Positions 40,581 through 51,700 of a DNA stretch of 64,000 nt are shown in pieces. Each line of letters opens with the position of its first letter. Positions within the stretch are counted from its first letter, which is position 1. A model generated the notes under the pieces. That model ran no database searches, had not been told where the DNA came from, and was given only the letters and a program-made list of their open reading frames with translations. The stretch lies in assembly GCA_050301935.1 (NCBI GenBank), contig JBNLAC010000002.1:1919-65918 (forward strand), read 5' to 3'. This DNA comes from Methylophilaceae bacterium. Lineage in GTDB: Bacteria; Pseudomonadota; Gammaproteobacteria; Burkholderiales; Methylophilaceae. Position numbers and translations under genes: made by a program.

Positions 40581-40603
40581 AAAAGCATGTCAAATTATCA
40601 CGC

Positions 40604-41446
40604 ATGCAAAGACAGAAAATACTCAATAGCATTTGGTGGAGCTTACCACTGACATTATATTCTTTGGATGCTAATGCATGGGGCTTATACACGCATGTAT
40701 TTTTTGCACAATCTTTACTGCTTGCTTCACCATTATTAGATAAACGCTTTAGAACAGCAATCAAACGGTTTCCTGAGTTGGTCATGGCAGGCGCATGTTT
40801 ACCTGACCTTGCAGTTGTCTCGAAAAAATTTAAATCTACACATCAATGGCAGAAAGCGGAGTATTTAATTAATGCGGCGTCTACGGACGAAGAAACAGCT
40901 ATTGCAATTGGCTATGCGAGTCATCTTTATGTAGATGTGATTGCACACAATCATTTTGTTCCTGCGCATGAAGCATTGTGGGAACACGAAACGATACTTA
41001 CTCATATCGCTTCGGAATGGGCAATGGATGTACATATCCAAAAACTATTAGTTAAAACACCTGGGCAACTACTATCAAAATATGCAGCTTTAATGAGTCA
41101 TTTTATTGCACCATGCTTTGAACACCCACAACGATATATACAAAGAAAATTAATCAAGCTTGCTTATGCTGATCGCTTATTAAGGTCGATTAAATTACCT
41201 GTTATGATCCATCAATGTATTAAACTAAATAACCGTGAAAAACATAAACATTTTGATTACTATATTGGCAAAACTCAACACGCGCTAAATGACTTTCATA
41301 AAGTTCTAAATGGACATCACCCGAATTGGCAACCAGAGCTCCATGCTAATAACGACATAACGCGTATCACAATGTGGCGTCAGCACTGCTTAGAAACTTT
41401 ACATATCGACCATGCTGAACCGATTCGCTACTATAGCGCCCGTTGA
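40604..41446 (+). CDS. exported zinc-dependent phospholipase C-like protein
   Basis: The signal peptide ends ANA|W, so Trp would be the first mature residue, followed by TH. Downstream motifs are PD, HLYVDVIAH (H-x3-D-x3-H) and HIASE (H-x3-E). This mirrors the Zn-ligand layout of B. cereus PC-PLC and clostridial alpha-toxin. Confidence 0.6.
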   Translation: MQRQKILNSIWWSLPLTLYSLDANAWGLYTHVFFAQSLLLASPLLDKRFRTAIKRFPELVMAGACLPDLAVVSKKFKSTHQWQKAEYLINAASTDEETAIAIGYASHLYVDVIAHNHFVPAHEALWEHETILTHIASEWAMDVHIQKLLVKTPGQLLSKYAALMSHFIAPCFEHPQRYIQRKLIKLAYADRLLRSIKLPVMIHQCIKLNNREKHKHFDYYIGKTQHALNDFHKVLNGHHPNWQPELHANNDITRITMWRQHCLETLHIDHAEPIRYYSAR

Positions 41447-41500
41447 TATCGTGAAGATATCAGGCATTTTAGCAATAGCCAGTAATCAATAGCGCTTAGA

Positions 41501-42037
41501 TTAAATAATATTCAAGGATATTAAAGCTAGTGCAGCACCAATCACGGCACCGGCAAGTACATCACTTGGATAATGCAACCCTAATACAACACGAGAAACC
41601 GCGACCATCAAACTGAATGGAATCACGAGCACTGCAAGTGATGGATAGTAAGCCAATGTCATACAGGCGAAGGCAGCAGCATGTAATGTGTGTCCTGAAG
41701 GAAAGCTAAAATAATCTAAAGGCTTACCTGTCAGTAATACATCTTGTAATACTTGATATGGTCTTGGGCGTAGTGTTTTTCCTTTTAACCACTTATAAAC
41801 TAACGTACCTGACAAACCAGTGAGTGCAATATGAAGAACTGGTATCCATGCAGTACTACCCTGTACGATGAGTATCGCAACCAATAATGTATACCAAAAA
41901 ACACCGTCGCCTAATCGGCTCATTAATCTAAACCAATCACGAATGATGCGATATTGGCTTGTATGACTAACTTTAACGCATAGAGCGCCATCAAGGTGAT
42001 TCATACGATTCAAATACAAACGCATTCTATTTGTCAT
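41501..42037 (-). CDS. PAP2 (type 2 phosphatidic acid / lipid phosphate) phosphatase
   Basis: All three PAP2 motifs are present: KGKTLRPRP (K-x6-RP), PSGH, and SRVVLGLHYPSD (SR-x5-H-x3-D). The ATG at 42037 is preceded by GGAGG. Confidence 0.88.
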   Translation of the reverse strand: MTNRMRLYLNRMNHLDGALCVKVSHTSQYRIIRDWFRLMSRLGDGVFWYTLLVAILIVQGSTAWIPVLHIALTGLSGTLVYKWLKGKTLRPRPYQVLQDVLLTGKPLDYFSFPSGHTLHAAAFACMTLAYYPSLAVLVIPFSLMVAVSRVVLGLHYPSDVLAGAVIGAALALISLNII

Positions 42038-42157
42038 TACAACCTCCAAATACGAATTGGCTAGGTTGTCAGAATGCACCCATTACATGACAGGTATATG
42101 AAGCTCTTATGAATATTTTATGATGAAAAGGAAGTTTATATCAATTTAAACAATGAT

Positions 42158-43525
42158 TTATACTGTTTTCAGTTTACTTTGTTGTTCAACTACCGTAGCA
42201 AGCTGCTCCGCCAACTTCTGGACAAGTTTTGCATCTTGGCCTTCCACCATCACACGAATTTTAGGCTCTGTACCAGATGCACGTAAAAGCACTCTACCAG
42301 TATCCTTAAGCTGCGCCTCCACTTTACTAACGGCAGCTTGAATCTCTGCGTTAGACAGGTCTAGCTTTTGTTTGGTCGTCACATTAATTAAAACTTGTGG
42401 GTAAAGCTTAAGCGCCTCGCCCATTTGTTTTAGCGTTTTACCGCTTTGTTTTAAGGCAATCAATACTTGTAGTGCTGAAATGATGCCATCGCCACTGGTA
42501 TGTTTATCCAGTGTCAATATATGACCTGAATTTTCTCCTCCAAGTGACCAGTTTTTCTCATTGAGCAATTCGAGTACGTAACGATCACCTACCTTTGCAC
42601 GCGCAAACGGAATTTGGTGTTTTTGCATAGCATGTTCAAATGCCAGGTTTGTCATCAGTGTTCCAGCAACACCGCCCTTCAGCTGGCCTTTGCCATACAA
42701 TCCTAGGGCAATAATATAGAGCAATTGGTCGCCATCAAGTAGGTTACCTTCCGCATCAACCATTAATACGCGGTCGCCATCACCATCAAATGCAATGCCT
42801 AAATCAGCTTGGTGTTCTACGACAGCTTTTTGTAAAGCCTGCGGGTGGGTAGAACCGATATCCAAGTTAATGTTTAAACCATTTGGTGTATTACCAATAG
42901 CAATAACATCTGCGCCTAATTCGTGAAAAACTGGTGGCGCCACATGATAGGTAGCACCGTTTGCACAATCTAATACAATCTTTAATCCCCGCAGGTTCAT
43001 ATCATTAGGGAAAGTACTCTTGCAAAATTCAATATAGCGGCCTGCTGCATCATCAATGCGCTTGGCTTTACCAAGTTCTGCTGACTCCATCACTTGCATA
43101 GGCTTTTCTAGTTCTGCTTCAATAGCATGCTCAATGTCATCATCTAATTTGGCACCTTCACTAGAAAAAAACTTTATACCATTATCATAGTAAGGATTGT
43201 GTGAGGCAGAAATTACTATCCCAGCTTGCAGCCTAAGCGCACGCGTCAAATAGGCAACTGCTGGCGTAGGCATTGGTCCAGTCAACAAGGTCTTAGCACC
43301 TGCCGCTGTCAAACCAGCTTGTAATGCTGCTTCCAGCATATAACCAGATATGCGTGGATCTTTACCGATTAATACAGAAGGGTGTGCATCTTTTGCTAAA
43401 TTACTTTGCAACCCAACAAAAACACGCCCAGCAGCATAACCTAGACGCATCACAAATTCTGGTGTTATAGGATATTCCCCCACTTTGCCACGTATCCCAT
43501 CTGTTCCAAAATATTTTTTTGCCAT
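42158..43525 (-). CDS. glmM: phosphoglucosamine mutase
   Basis: Has YFGTDGIRG, the active-site SASHNP, and GDGDR. Confidence 0.97.
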   Translation of the reverse strand: MAKKYFGTDGIRGKVGEYPITPEFVMRLGYAAGRVFVGLQSNLAKDAHPSVLIGKDPRISGYMLEAALQAGLTAAGAKTLLTGPMPTPAVAYLTRALRLQAGIVISASHNPYYDNGIKFFSSEGAKLDDDIEHAIEAELEKPMQVMESAELGKAKRIDDAAGRYIEFCKSTFPNDMNLRGLKIVLDCANGATYHVAPPVFHELGADVIAIGNTPNGLNINLDIGSTHPQALQKAVVEHQADLGIAFDGDGDRVLMVDAEGNLLDGDQLLYIIALGLYGKGQLKGGVAGTLMTNLAFEHAMQKHQIPFARAKVGDRYVLELLNEKNWSLGGENSGHILTLDKHTSGDGIISALQVLIALKQSGKTLKQMGEALKLYPQVLINVTTKQKLDLSNAEIQAAVSKVEAQLKDTGRVLLRASGTEPKIRVMVEGQDAKLVQKLAEQLATVVEQQSKLKTV

Positions 43526-43573
43526 GATGACTTATTCCTGTTCTTTATTTATATATTATTTATTCAACTACCA

Positions 43574-43822
43574 TTATGTCATCAGCACAATAATAGCGAC
43601 TACAACGACCAATATAACAATCTGCACTACACGCTCTTGGGACAGCCCTTCTGGCTTATTGCTGTCAAAAGCCTCTTTTATATCAGGATGCGTGTTGATA
43701 TAGGTTTCAACTGCTAGCTTTGCTTCCTTCAAACCGACACCGTTTTCTTCACGAAATAGCTTGATTGCTTGAATCTTTTTTCCTTGTTTGATTTCATCAA
43801 TCACCGCCTCTGTAAAATTCAT
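43574..43822 (-). CDS. small C-terminally membrane-anchored protein with a ribosomal L7/L12 C-terminal-domain-like motif
   Basis: GGAGG lies 6 nt upstream of ATG 43822. KIQAIKLFREENGVGLKEAKLAVE parallels the E. coli L7/L12 segment [24 protein letters not shown]. The C-terminal TM helix is VVQIVILVVVVAIIVLM. Confidence 0.6.
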   Translation of the reverse strand: MNFTEAVIDEIKQGKKIQAIKLFREENGVGLKEAKLAVETYINTHPDIKEAFDSNKPEGLSQERVVQIVILVVVVAIIVLMT

Positions 43823-43840
43823 CATAAACCTCCACACAAG

Positions 43841-44665
43841 CTACAAGATAGCTGCTACTACTTTTAATGCCTCAACAGTTGCTTTAACATCATGAACTCT
43901 TACTATATTTGCACCTCGCATTGCTGAAATAACTGCAGCAGCAATACTTGCATACAATCGTGCATCCACATCATTGCCAGTGACCTGCCCGAGGACAGAC
44001 TTGCGTGACAAGCCAACTAATAAGGGATAATCAAGCGAAGCGAAGTGTTTTAATTGTTTTACTAGCGTAATATTGTGCTCTCGTGTTTTCCCAAAGCCAA
44101 ACCCTGGATCCAACATAATGCGATCTTTTTGAATACCTGCCTCTATACAAGCAGCGACTCTAGCTAATAAGAAATCGGCCACTTCTGACACGACATCAGT
44201 ATAGGTAGGATTTACTTGCATGGTTTGTGGTTTGCCTTGCATATGCATCAAACAAACGCCAGTGTCATAATTAGCAACAATGCTTAAGGCACCATCTTCT
44301 TGGAGCGCTCGGACGTCATTGACAATACTAGCTCCTGCTTGCAGTGCGGCTTGCATTACCTGTGGCTTGTAAGTATCAATAGAAACTGGAACAGCTAGCC
44401 CACCAGCAACGAGTGCCTCAATCACCGGTATCACTCGATCTAACTCTTCTTGTAACCCAACTGGTGTTGCATTAGGTCTAGTAGATTCGCCACCGATATC
44501 TAAGATATCAGCACCTTCTTCGACCAACTTTAATGCATGTTGTACTGCCTTATTAGTATTGGAAAAGTTTCCCCCATCAGAGAACGAGTCAGGCGTTACA
44601 TTGACAATACCCATGACATTTGGGCGAGATAGATCTAATTTAAATTGTCCGCATTTAAGTTTCAT
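43841..44665 (-). CDS. folP: dihydropteroate synthase
   Basis: Has GIVNVTPDSFSDGG, DIGGESTRP and a pterin-binding barrel pattern. Confidence 0.96.
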   Translation of the reverse strand: MKLKCGQFKLDLSRPNVMGIVNVTPDSFSDGGNFSNTNKAVQHALKLVEEGADILDIGGESTRPNATPVGLQEELDRVIPVIEALVAGGLAVPVSIDTYKPQVMQAALQAGASIVNDVRALQEDGALSIVANYDTGVCLMHMQGKPQTMQVNPTYTDVVSEVADFLLARVAACIEAGIQKDRIMLDPGFGFGKTREHNITLVKQLKHFASLDYPLLVGLSRKSVLGQVTGNDVDARLYASIAAAVISAMRGANIVRVHDVKATVEALKVVAAIL

Positions 44666-44731
44666 AAAAATAAAGGCTAGCTATTTATTAGCCAGCCCTT
44701 ATTTTAACTCAAGCCTGAATATGTATTTAAC

Positions 44732-46624
44732 TTATTCGTTTTTTGTTGTCGGTTGTGGTTTTGGATTCACAGTTGTGCCAGCCCCACCTGACCCCGTCGG
44801 TTTGGTCGTTGACTGCCTAGGTTTAGGTTCACGAACAGGTCTTCCTGCCATGATGTCATTAATCTGATCAGCATCAATCGTCTCATACTCCATCAATGCG
44901 GCAGTCATTGCTTCCACTTTGTCACGATTATCTTCGATTAACTTACGTGCAATGGCATACTGTTCGTCAAGAATGCGTCGAATTTCTGCATCAACTTTCT
45001 GTTGTGTTGCTTCAGAAATTGTTTTTGCACTCATGCTCCCGAAAAATGAGTCTTGCTCATCACCTACATAAACCATGGTACCCAATGCATCACTCATTCC
45101 ATACTTAGTTACCATGTCTCTTGCTAATTTAGTAGCACGCTCAAAATCATTTGATGCACCAGTAGACATTTGATTAACAAAAACCTCTTCAGCAATCCGT
45201 CCACCAAACAAGATTGATATTTCTTCGAGCATTTTGTCTTTGTAATTACTAATACGGTCAAACTCTGGCAGTTGCCATGTTAAACCTAGCGCCCAGCCTC
45301 TTGGCATAATGGTGACCTTATGAACGGGGTCTGCTTTTGGCAATAATTTAGCAACAACTGCATGACCAGACTCATGATAGGCAGTATTACGACGCTCTTC
45401 TTCGCGCATGACCATCGATCTACGCTCGGGACCCATATAAATTTTGTCTTTTGCATCCTCAAAGTCTTGCATATCAACTGTACGCTTATTACGACGTGCA
45501 GCAAATAACGCAGCCTCATTCACCAGGTTAGCCAAATCTGCCCCGCTAAACCCTGGGGTGCCCCGTGCCAAAATATCTGCTTTAACATCTGGATCAATAG
45601 GTACCTTGCGCATATGCACCAATAAAATTTGCTCCCTGCCTTTAATGTCAGGTAGACCTACCATCACTTGTCGGTCAAAACGACCTGGACGAAGCAAAGC
45701 TTTATCTAATACATCTGCGCGGTTAGTTGCTGCTATCACAATCACTCCTGAGCTTGCTTCAAAACCATCCATCTCGACTAGTAACTGATTTAATGTTTGC
45801 TCACGCTCATCATTGCCACCACCAGTGCCAGAGCCACGACTGCGACCAACCGCATCAATTTCATCGATGAAAATAATACAAGGTGAATTTTTCTTGGCTG
45901 TCTCAAACATATCACGTACACGTGAGGCACCGACACCAACAAACATTTCTACAAAGTCTGAACCAGAAATAGTAAAGAATGGCACTTTAGCCTCGCCAGC
46001 AATCGCACGCGCTAATAGTGTTTTACCAGTACCAGGAGGTCCAACCATCAAAACGCCACGCGGTATACGACCACCCAATTTTTGGAATTTGCCAGGATCC
46101 TTAAGAAAATCAACTAGCTCGGTCACCTCTTCTTTTGCTTCATCGCAGCCAGCTACATCCGCAAATGTTGTTTGATTATTAGTTTCATCAAGTTGTCTTG
46201 CTTTACTTTTGCCGAATGAAAATGGTCCACCGCCTTTACCACCACCTTGCATTTGGCGCATGAAGAATATCCATACACCGATCAGTAGTATCATTGGGAA
46301 CCAAGACATAAAAATTTCTAGCAGTAGCGAACGTTGCTCTTCTGCCTTTGCCTCTACTTCTACGTTGTATTTCAGTAGATCGCTGACCATCCATAAGTCA
46401 TTCGGTGCATAAGTACTGAATGTTTTATTGTCAATCGTGGTTCCTCGAATAACCCGCCCATCAATTTGAACCTTTGCAACTTTTCCTGCTTTGACATTCT
46501 CCATAAATTGAGAATACACAATCTGGCTAGAGGCCTTGTTAGGATTGCTAAACTGCTGAAACACGGTCATTAGTACCAATGCAACAGCAATCCAAATTGC
46601 AATATTTTTTGCGATATTATTCAC
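44732..46624 (-). CDS. ftsH: ATP-dependent zinc metalloprotease FtsH
   Basis: Has Walker [14 protein letters not shown], the SRH region and the HEAGH-type motif HESGH. Confidence 0.98.
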   Translation of the reverse strand: MNNIAKNIAIWIAVALVLMTVFQQFSNPNKASSQIVYSQFMENVKAGKVAKVQIDGRVIRGTTIDNKTFSTYAPNDLWMVSDLLKYNVEVEAKAEEQRSLLLEIFMSWFPMILLIGVWIFFMRQMQGGGKGGGPFSFGKSKARQLDETNNQTTFADVAGCDEAKEEVTELVDFLKDPGKFQKLGGRIPRGVLMVGPPGTGKTLLARAIAGEAKVPFFTISGSDFVEMFVGVGASRVRDMFETAKKNSPCIIFIDEIDAVGRSRGSGTGGGNDEREQTLNQLLVEMDGFEASSGVIVIAATNRADVLDKALLRPGRFDRQVMVGLPDIKGREQILLVHMRKVPIDPDVKADILARGTPGFSGADLANLVNEAALFAARRNKRTVDMQDFEDAKDKIYMGPERRSMVMREEERRNTAYHESGHAVVAKLLPKADPVHKVTIMPRGWALGLTWQLPEFDRISNYKDKMLEEISILFGGRIAEEVFVNQMSTGASNDFERATKLARDMVTKYGMSDALGTMVYVGDEQDSFFGSMSAKTISEATQQKVDAEIRRILDEQYAIARKLIEDNRDKVEAMTAALMEYETIDADQINDIMAGRPVREPKPRQSTTKPTGSGGAGTTVNPKPQPTTKNE

Positions 46625-46717
46625 TAGCTTCTTCCTTATTCAACCTGATAAATATTTGCTTTGTAGACAAACATTATCGTAATTCACATTCTTTCTGCAC
46701 AACAAACCCAGACGTAT

Positions 46718-47335
46718 TCATTTCTTGCCAAGCCCTAGTAAATAGACTTCACTACTCCGACCGCGTGAAGCTTTAGGCTTCCTTGTTACTACTTTATCAA
46801 ACTCTGATCGCATCCGCTTAACAATATCATCAAATCCGCTGCCGATGAAAACTTTGACTAAAAAATTTCCACTAGGTTTCAACCACTGTTGGCTAAATTC
46901 TAAAGCCAATTCCGTTAAGTGGACCGCGCCAGCCTGATCTGCATCTTTGACACCACTTATATTGGGGGCCATGTCAGCAATCACAAGGTCAACAGGCTTA
47001 TTATTAAGCTTTTCTTCTAGCGCACCTAAAACTGATTGCTCGCGAAAGTCACCCTGTATAAACTCTACACCTGGAATAGCATGCATGTCCAATAAATCTA
47101 AACCAATAACCCTACCTTGCCCTTTGAGGCGCTGCTTAACTACTTGGCACCAACTACCTGGCGCAGATCCTAAATCGACAACTGTCATGCCTGGCTTAAT
47201 GAGCTTATCTTTGTCATCTATTTCCATCAGCTTATAAGCTGCACGAGCACGGTAGCCCTCTTTTTGCGCACGCTTAACGAACTCGTCATTAACGTGTTCT
47301 TGCATCCAAGCTTTACTACGACTACTGAGTTTCAT
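46718..47335 (-). CDS. rlmE: 23S rRNA (uridine2552-2'-O)-methyltransferase
   Basis: FtsJ pattern: RSKAWM..H..D.FV..A...GYR.RAAYKL, and the SAM motif VVDLGSAPGSW. Confidence 0.95.
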   Translation of the reverse strand: MKLSSRSKAWMQEHVNDEFVKRAQKEGYRARAAYKLMEIDDKDKLIKPGMTVVDLGSAPGSWCQVVKQRLKGQGRVIGLDLLDMHAIPGVEFIQGDFREQSVLGALEEKLNNKPVDLVIADMAPNISGVKDADQAGAVHLTELALEFSQQWLKPSGNFLVKVFIGSGFDDIVKRMRSEFDKVVTRKPKASRGRSSEVYLLGLGKK

Positions 47336-47400
47336 GTTTATTATATGAATTCATGATAAAATTCATCCTGTCTTATAGCACCTTAAAAGCACGCCAATTC

Positions 47401-47709
47401 ATGAAATTAACCCCTAAACAAATCAGCCATCTGCGCGGTTTAGCCCACAACTTAAACCCTGTTGTCATGATTGGCAATCAAGGCCTCACCGAAAACATCA
47501 TCAAAGAGGTCGAGGTCAGTCTAAATGCGCACGAACTAATTAAAATTAAGGTTGCAGGAGATGATAGAGATGCGCGAAAAGCAATATATCAATCTATCTG
47601 TGATCAAACGAATGCCATCGCTGTTCATCATATTGGTAAGCAACTTGTCATTTACCGCCCTAGTGAGACTGTAAAAGAAAAGCATAAAATCCATATCCCT
47701 AGATTATAA
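47401..47709 (+). CDS. yhbY: ribosome assembly RNA-binding protein YhbY (CRM domain)
   Basis: LRGLAHNLNPVVMIGNQGLTENIIKEVEVSLNAHELIKIKV parallels E. coli YhbY. The ORF track start at 47353 adds 16 unlikely residues. Confidence 0.88.
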   Translation: MKLTPKQISHLRGLAHNLNPVVMIGNQGLTENIIKEVEVSLNAHELIKIKVAGDDRDARKAIYQSICDQTNAIAVHHIGKQLVIYRPSETVKEKHKIHIPRL

Positions 47710-47726
47710 CTTTCATCATTTACAAA

Positions 47727-48170
47727 TTATTGGCGTTTATGTAGTAATACCAAGATACCGCCCAACAGACATTCGATAAGATAAATCACTCCTGAAACAG
47801 CATGCCATGCTGAAAACTCAGCTGCATACGCACTCTGCATTACATTCTGTGGGTAAGCTACTACCTTCAATTGTGCTAGGTGTGCCTGAATACCAAAATA
47901 ACCTACTAGGATTAACACTATCATTACTACAATAATCCGTACATCATATTGCTTTAAACAGCTAACACCCTTTTCTAACAACTGTTGCATGACTAGAAAA
48001 GCGCCACTCGCCAACCCAATATAGCTCACTGCAGTAAATAAATGGCCAGCAACATGACCTGCTAACTGGCTATCCTCAATCGTTTTAAACAGAATATTGG
48101 CACTTAAGCCTGTCATCCATAGACTTCCTATCCAAAATGTCAGGATAATAAGTGCAAGCTTACGTAACAT
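47727..48170 (-). CDS. DUF4149-like four-TM membrane protein
   Basis: Small polytopic protein sitting in the conserved greA-adjacent position. The family is assigned from memory of this synteny and the N-terminal pattern. Confidence 0.55.
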   Translation of the reverse strand: MLRKLALIILTFWIGSLWMTGLSANILFKTIEDSQLAGHVAGHLFTAVSYIGLASGAFLVMQQLLEKGVSCLKQYDVRIIVVMIVLILVGYFGIQAHLAQLKVVAYPQNVMQSAYAAEFSAWHAVSGVIYLIECLLGGILVLLHKRQ

Positions 48171-48171
48171 A

Positions 48172-48654
48172 TCAGATGTATAACACCTCTAGCACTTCGT
48201 ACTCTTTAACACCGCCAGGTGCCGCAACTTCTGCAATTTCACCCTCATATTTCCCAATCAGTGCACGTGCAATCGGCGAAACGACAGAAATCTTACCTTG
48301 TTTGATATCTGCCTCATCTTCTCCAACGATTTGGTATTTTTTTTCATCACCCGTTTCAAGGTCTTCACAACGAACCGTTGCACCAAACACCACACGCCCA
48401 TCAGCATTAAGGGTTTTGGGATCAATAACCTGCATATTCGAAAGTTTGCCTTCCAATTCTGCTATTCGGCCTTCGATGAAACTCTGCTTTTCTTTCGCAG
48501 CCTCATACTCAGCATTCTCGGATAAATCACCTTGTGCTCTTGCTTCAGCTATCGCTTGAATGACGTTAGGTCTATCTTCTGACCTTAGGCGTTGCAACTC
48601 TTGTTTTAGCAACTCCGCTCCATGCAATGTAACTGGAATTTGATTAACTGCCAT
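48172..48654 (-). CDS. greA: transcription elongation factor GreA
   Basis: Has a coiled-coil N-domain with [15 protein letters not shown] and a C-terminal FKBP-like domain. Confidence 0.96.
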   Translation of the reverse strand: MAVNQIPVTLHGAELLKQELQRLRSEDRPNVIQAIAEARAQGDLSENAEYEAAKEKQSFIEGRIAELEGKLSNMQVIDPKTLNADGRVVFGATVRCEDLETGDEKKYQIVGEDEADIKQGKISVVSPIARALIGKYEGEIAEVAAPGGVKEYEVLEVLYI

Positions 48655-48663
48655 AACGAACCT

Positions 48664-48702
48664 TTATAAAAAATAAACCACACTCGCCTGAGCGTGGTTT
48701 TT
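48664..48702 (-). terminator. rho-independent terminator after carB
   Basis: The stem AAACCACGCTC/GAGTGTGGTTT contains one G-U pair and is followed by a T-run on the minus strand. Confidence 0.65.
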
Positions 48703-48729
48703 ATATCACCCTGAAAGAATTAGTTTATT

Positions 48730-51700
48730 TTACGCAAGCCTTTTGTGCAAGTCTTGTATAGATTCCACATGTAACTCCTGCATATAGGCCATGCCAATAC
48801 AAGCTGCCTTCGCACCAGCTAATGTAGTGTAATAAGTGACTTTATTCTGTAAAGCGCTACGTCTAATTTCATAGGAATCTGCTACTGCTTTTTTATCCTC
48901 TGTGACGTTAACAATAAAATCAATCTCATTATTTTTTATCATATCCACAACATGTGGGCGCCCTTCAGCCACCTTATTAACGGCTTGTACCGTTAATCCA
49001 TTATCGACTAATGTTCTTGCTGTACCCTTCGTAGCAACCAAGTCGAAACCTAATTTCGCCAGATCCTGTGCAATATCAACAACATTCTGATGATCTTCAT
49101 TACGCACACTAATAAATGCTTTCCCGCCCTGGGGTAACTTCACAGATGCGCCCAACTGTGACTTTACAAACGCTTCTGCAAATGTGCTACCTACCCCCAT
49201 CACTTCGCCTGTTGATTTCATTTCAGGGCCAAGAATGGTATCGACTCCTGGGAATTTAATGAATGGGAAAACGGCTTCTTTAACAGAGTAATATGGTGGT
49301 ACTGTTTCTTTCGTTACACCTTGTGAGTGTAAGCTCTTGCCAGCCATACAACGCGCCGCGATTTTAGCTAAAGGTAAACCACAGGCTTTTGAAACAAAAG
49401 GCACCGTGCGAGAAGCACGTGGGTTCACCTCAAGAACGTAAACGGTTTCTCCTTGAATCGCGAATTGCACATTCATTAAACCTTTTACCCCTAATGCTTT
49501 AGCCATTTTAATAGTTTGAATCCTGAGCTCATCTTGTAATGCAGCGCTCAAACTATATGGCGGCAATGAGCAGGCCGAATCGCCTGAGTGAACGCCCGCT
49601 TGCTCTATATGCTGCATAATGCCGCCTATGAGAACATCCTCACCGTCGCAAATTGCATCAACATCGACTTCTACCGCATCGTTCAAAAAGCGGTCCAAAA
49701 GTACAGGAGAGTCATTAGAAACTTTAACAGCCTCGCGCATATAACGTTCAAGTTGACTTTGTTCTTGGACGATTTCCATTGCCCGACCACCAAGCACATA
49801 ACTTGGGCGCACCACCAACGGGTAACCTATTTCTTCAGCTAGCCGAATAGCCTCTTCAGGTGCACGCGCTGTGCGATTAGGTGGCTGTTTGAGATCTAGT
49901 TCGCCTAACATTTGTTGGAAGCGCTCGCGGTCTTCTGCGCAATCAATCGCATCTGGGGTAGTACCAATAATTGGCACACCAGCTTTTTCTAGTGCACGCG
50001 CAAGTTTTAATGGCGTTTGCCCACCATATTGAACAATCACACCAACTGGTTTTTCCAAATGAACAATTTCAAGCACATCTTCTAGTGTCACAGGCTCAAA
50101 ATATAGTCGATCTGAAGTATCGTAATCAGTTGATACTGTCTCAGGGTTGCAGTTGACCATAATAGTTTCATAACCATCTTCGCGCATTGCAAAAGCAGCA
50201 TGTACACAGCAGTAATCAAACTCTATACCCTGCCCTATGCGATTAGGCCCGCCACCAAGCACCATAATCTTTTTCTTATCACTTGGCTCTGATTCACATT
50301 GCTCATCATACGTAGAGTACATATAGGCTGTATCGGTTGAAAATTCTGCAGCACAGGTATCTACACGCTTGTATACTGGACGCACATTCAAGGCTTGTCG
50401 ATAAGCTCGAACAGCATGCTGATCTGTGTCTAGCAGTTTGGCTAGTCGCATATCAGAGAAACCAGCACGCTTGAGTTGATACAAAGCATCTTTGTCCAGA
50501 TCCGCAATATGTTTTCCTTCCAACGCTTTTTCACGCTGAATAATGTCTTCAATCTGCGATAGAAACCATGGGTCAATTTTGCTGATATTAAAAACTTCAG
50601 AAATCGTCATTCCCATTCTAAAGGCATCACCAACGTACCAAATGCGCTCTGATCGTGGCTCACCTAATTCTTTTACGATTACATCCATGTCCTTGGTTAA
50701 GCTATCCAAACCATCAACACCAACCTCTAATCCACGCAAGGCTTTTTGGAATGACTCTTGGAAGTTACGCCCTATGGCCATGACTTCGCCGACAGACTTC
50801 ATTTGCGTTGTTAAGCGGCTATCTGCTTGCGGAAACTTTTCAAATGCGAATCGAGGGATTTTAGTCACTACATAGTCAATTGAAGGTTCGAAAGAAGCAG
50901 GTGTTTGTCCACCTGTAATTTCATTCCTCAATTCATCTAGTGTATAGCCAACTGCAAGCTTGGCAGCTACTTTGGCGATCGGGAAACCAGTTGCTTTAGA
51001 AGCAAGCGCAGACGATCTAGAAACACGTGGATTCATTTCAATGACAATCATGCGGCCATCTTCAGGGTTAATCGCAAACTGTACATTTGAACCGCCCGTG
51101 TCAACGCCGATTTCACGCAAAACAGCCAATGAAGCATTACGCATGATTTGATATTCTTTATCAGTCAGTGTTTGCGCTGGCGCAACAGTAATAGAGTCTC
51201 CAGTGTGGACACCCATCGGGTCTAGATTTTCAATAGAGCAGATGATGATGCAGTTATCAGCAGAGTCTCGCACCACTTCCATTTCGTACTCTTTCCAACC
51301 CAGCATGGACTCTTCAATCAAGAGTTCATTGGTAGGGGATGCCTCTAGACCACGCTCACAAATTGATACAAACTCTTCACGGTTATAGGCAATGCCACCA
51401 CCACTCCCACCCATTGTAAAAGATGGTCTGATAATAGCCGGAAAGCCAATATTGGCTTGCACTTGTAACGCCTCTTCCATGCTGTGGGCAATAGCTGACC
51501 GTGCAGATCCCAGACCAATCTTATCCATTGCCTCTTTGAATTTCTGACGATCCTCTGCTTTGTCAATCGCCTCTTTAGAAGCGCCAATCAACTCTACATT
51601 ATATTGCTTAAGTACACCATGTCTATCTAGGTCTAAAGCGCAGTTCAATGCTGTTTGGCCACCCATGGTCGGCAACAATGCATCTGGTTTTTCTTTAGCG

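Noticed and set aside
45444-46175. Plus-strand ORFs of 114 and 120 aa inside ftsH, with similar antisense ORFs inside the DUF748 gene, the SulP gene (13134-13541), carB, recN and ppx
   Set aside because: Each lies entirely within a strongly supported gene on the opposite strand. None has a Shine-Dalgarno or a family motif. This is typical ORF-track noise.
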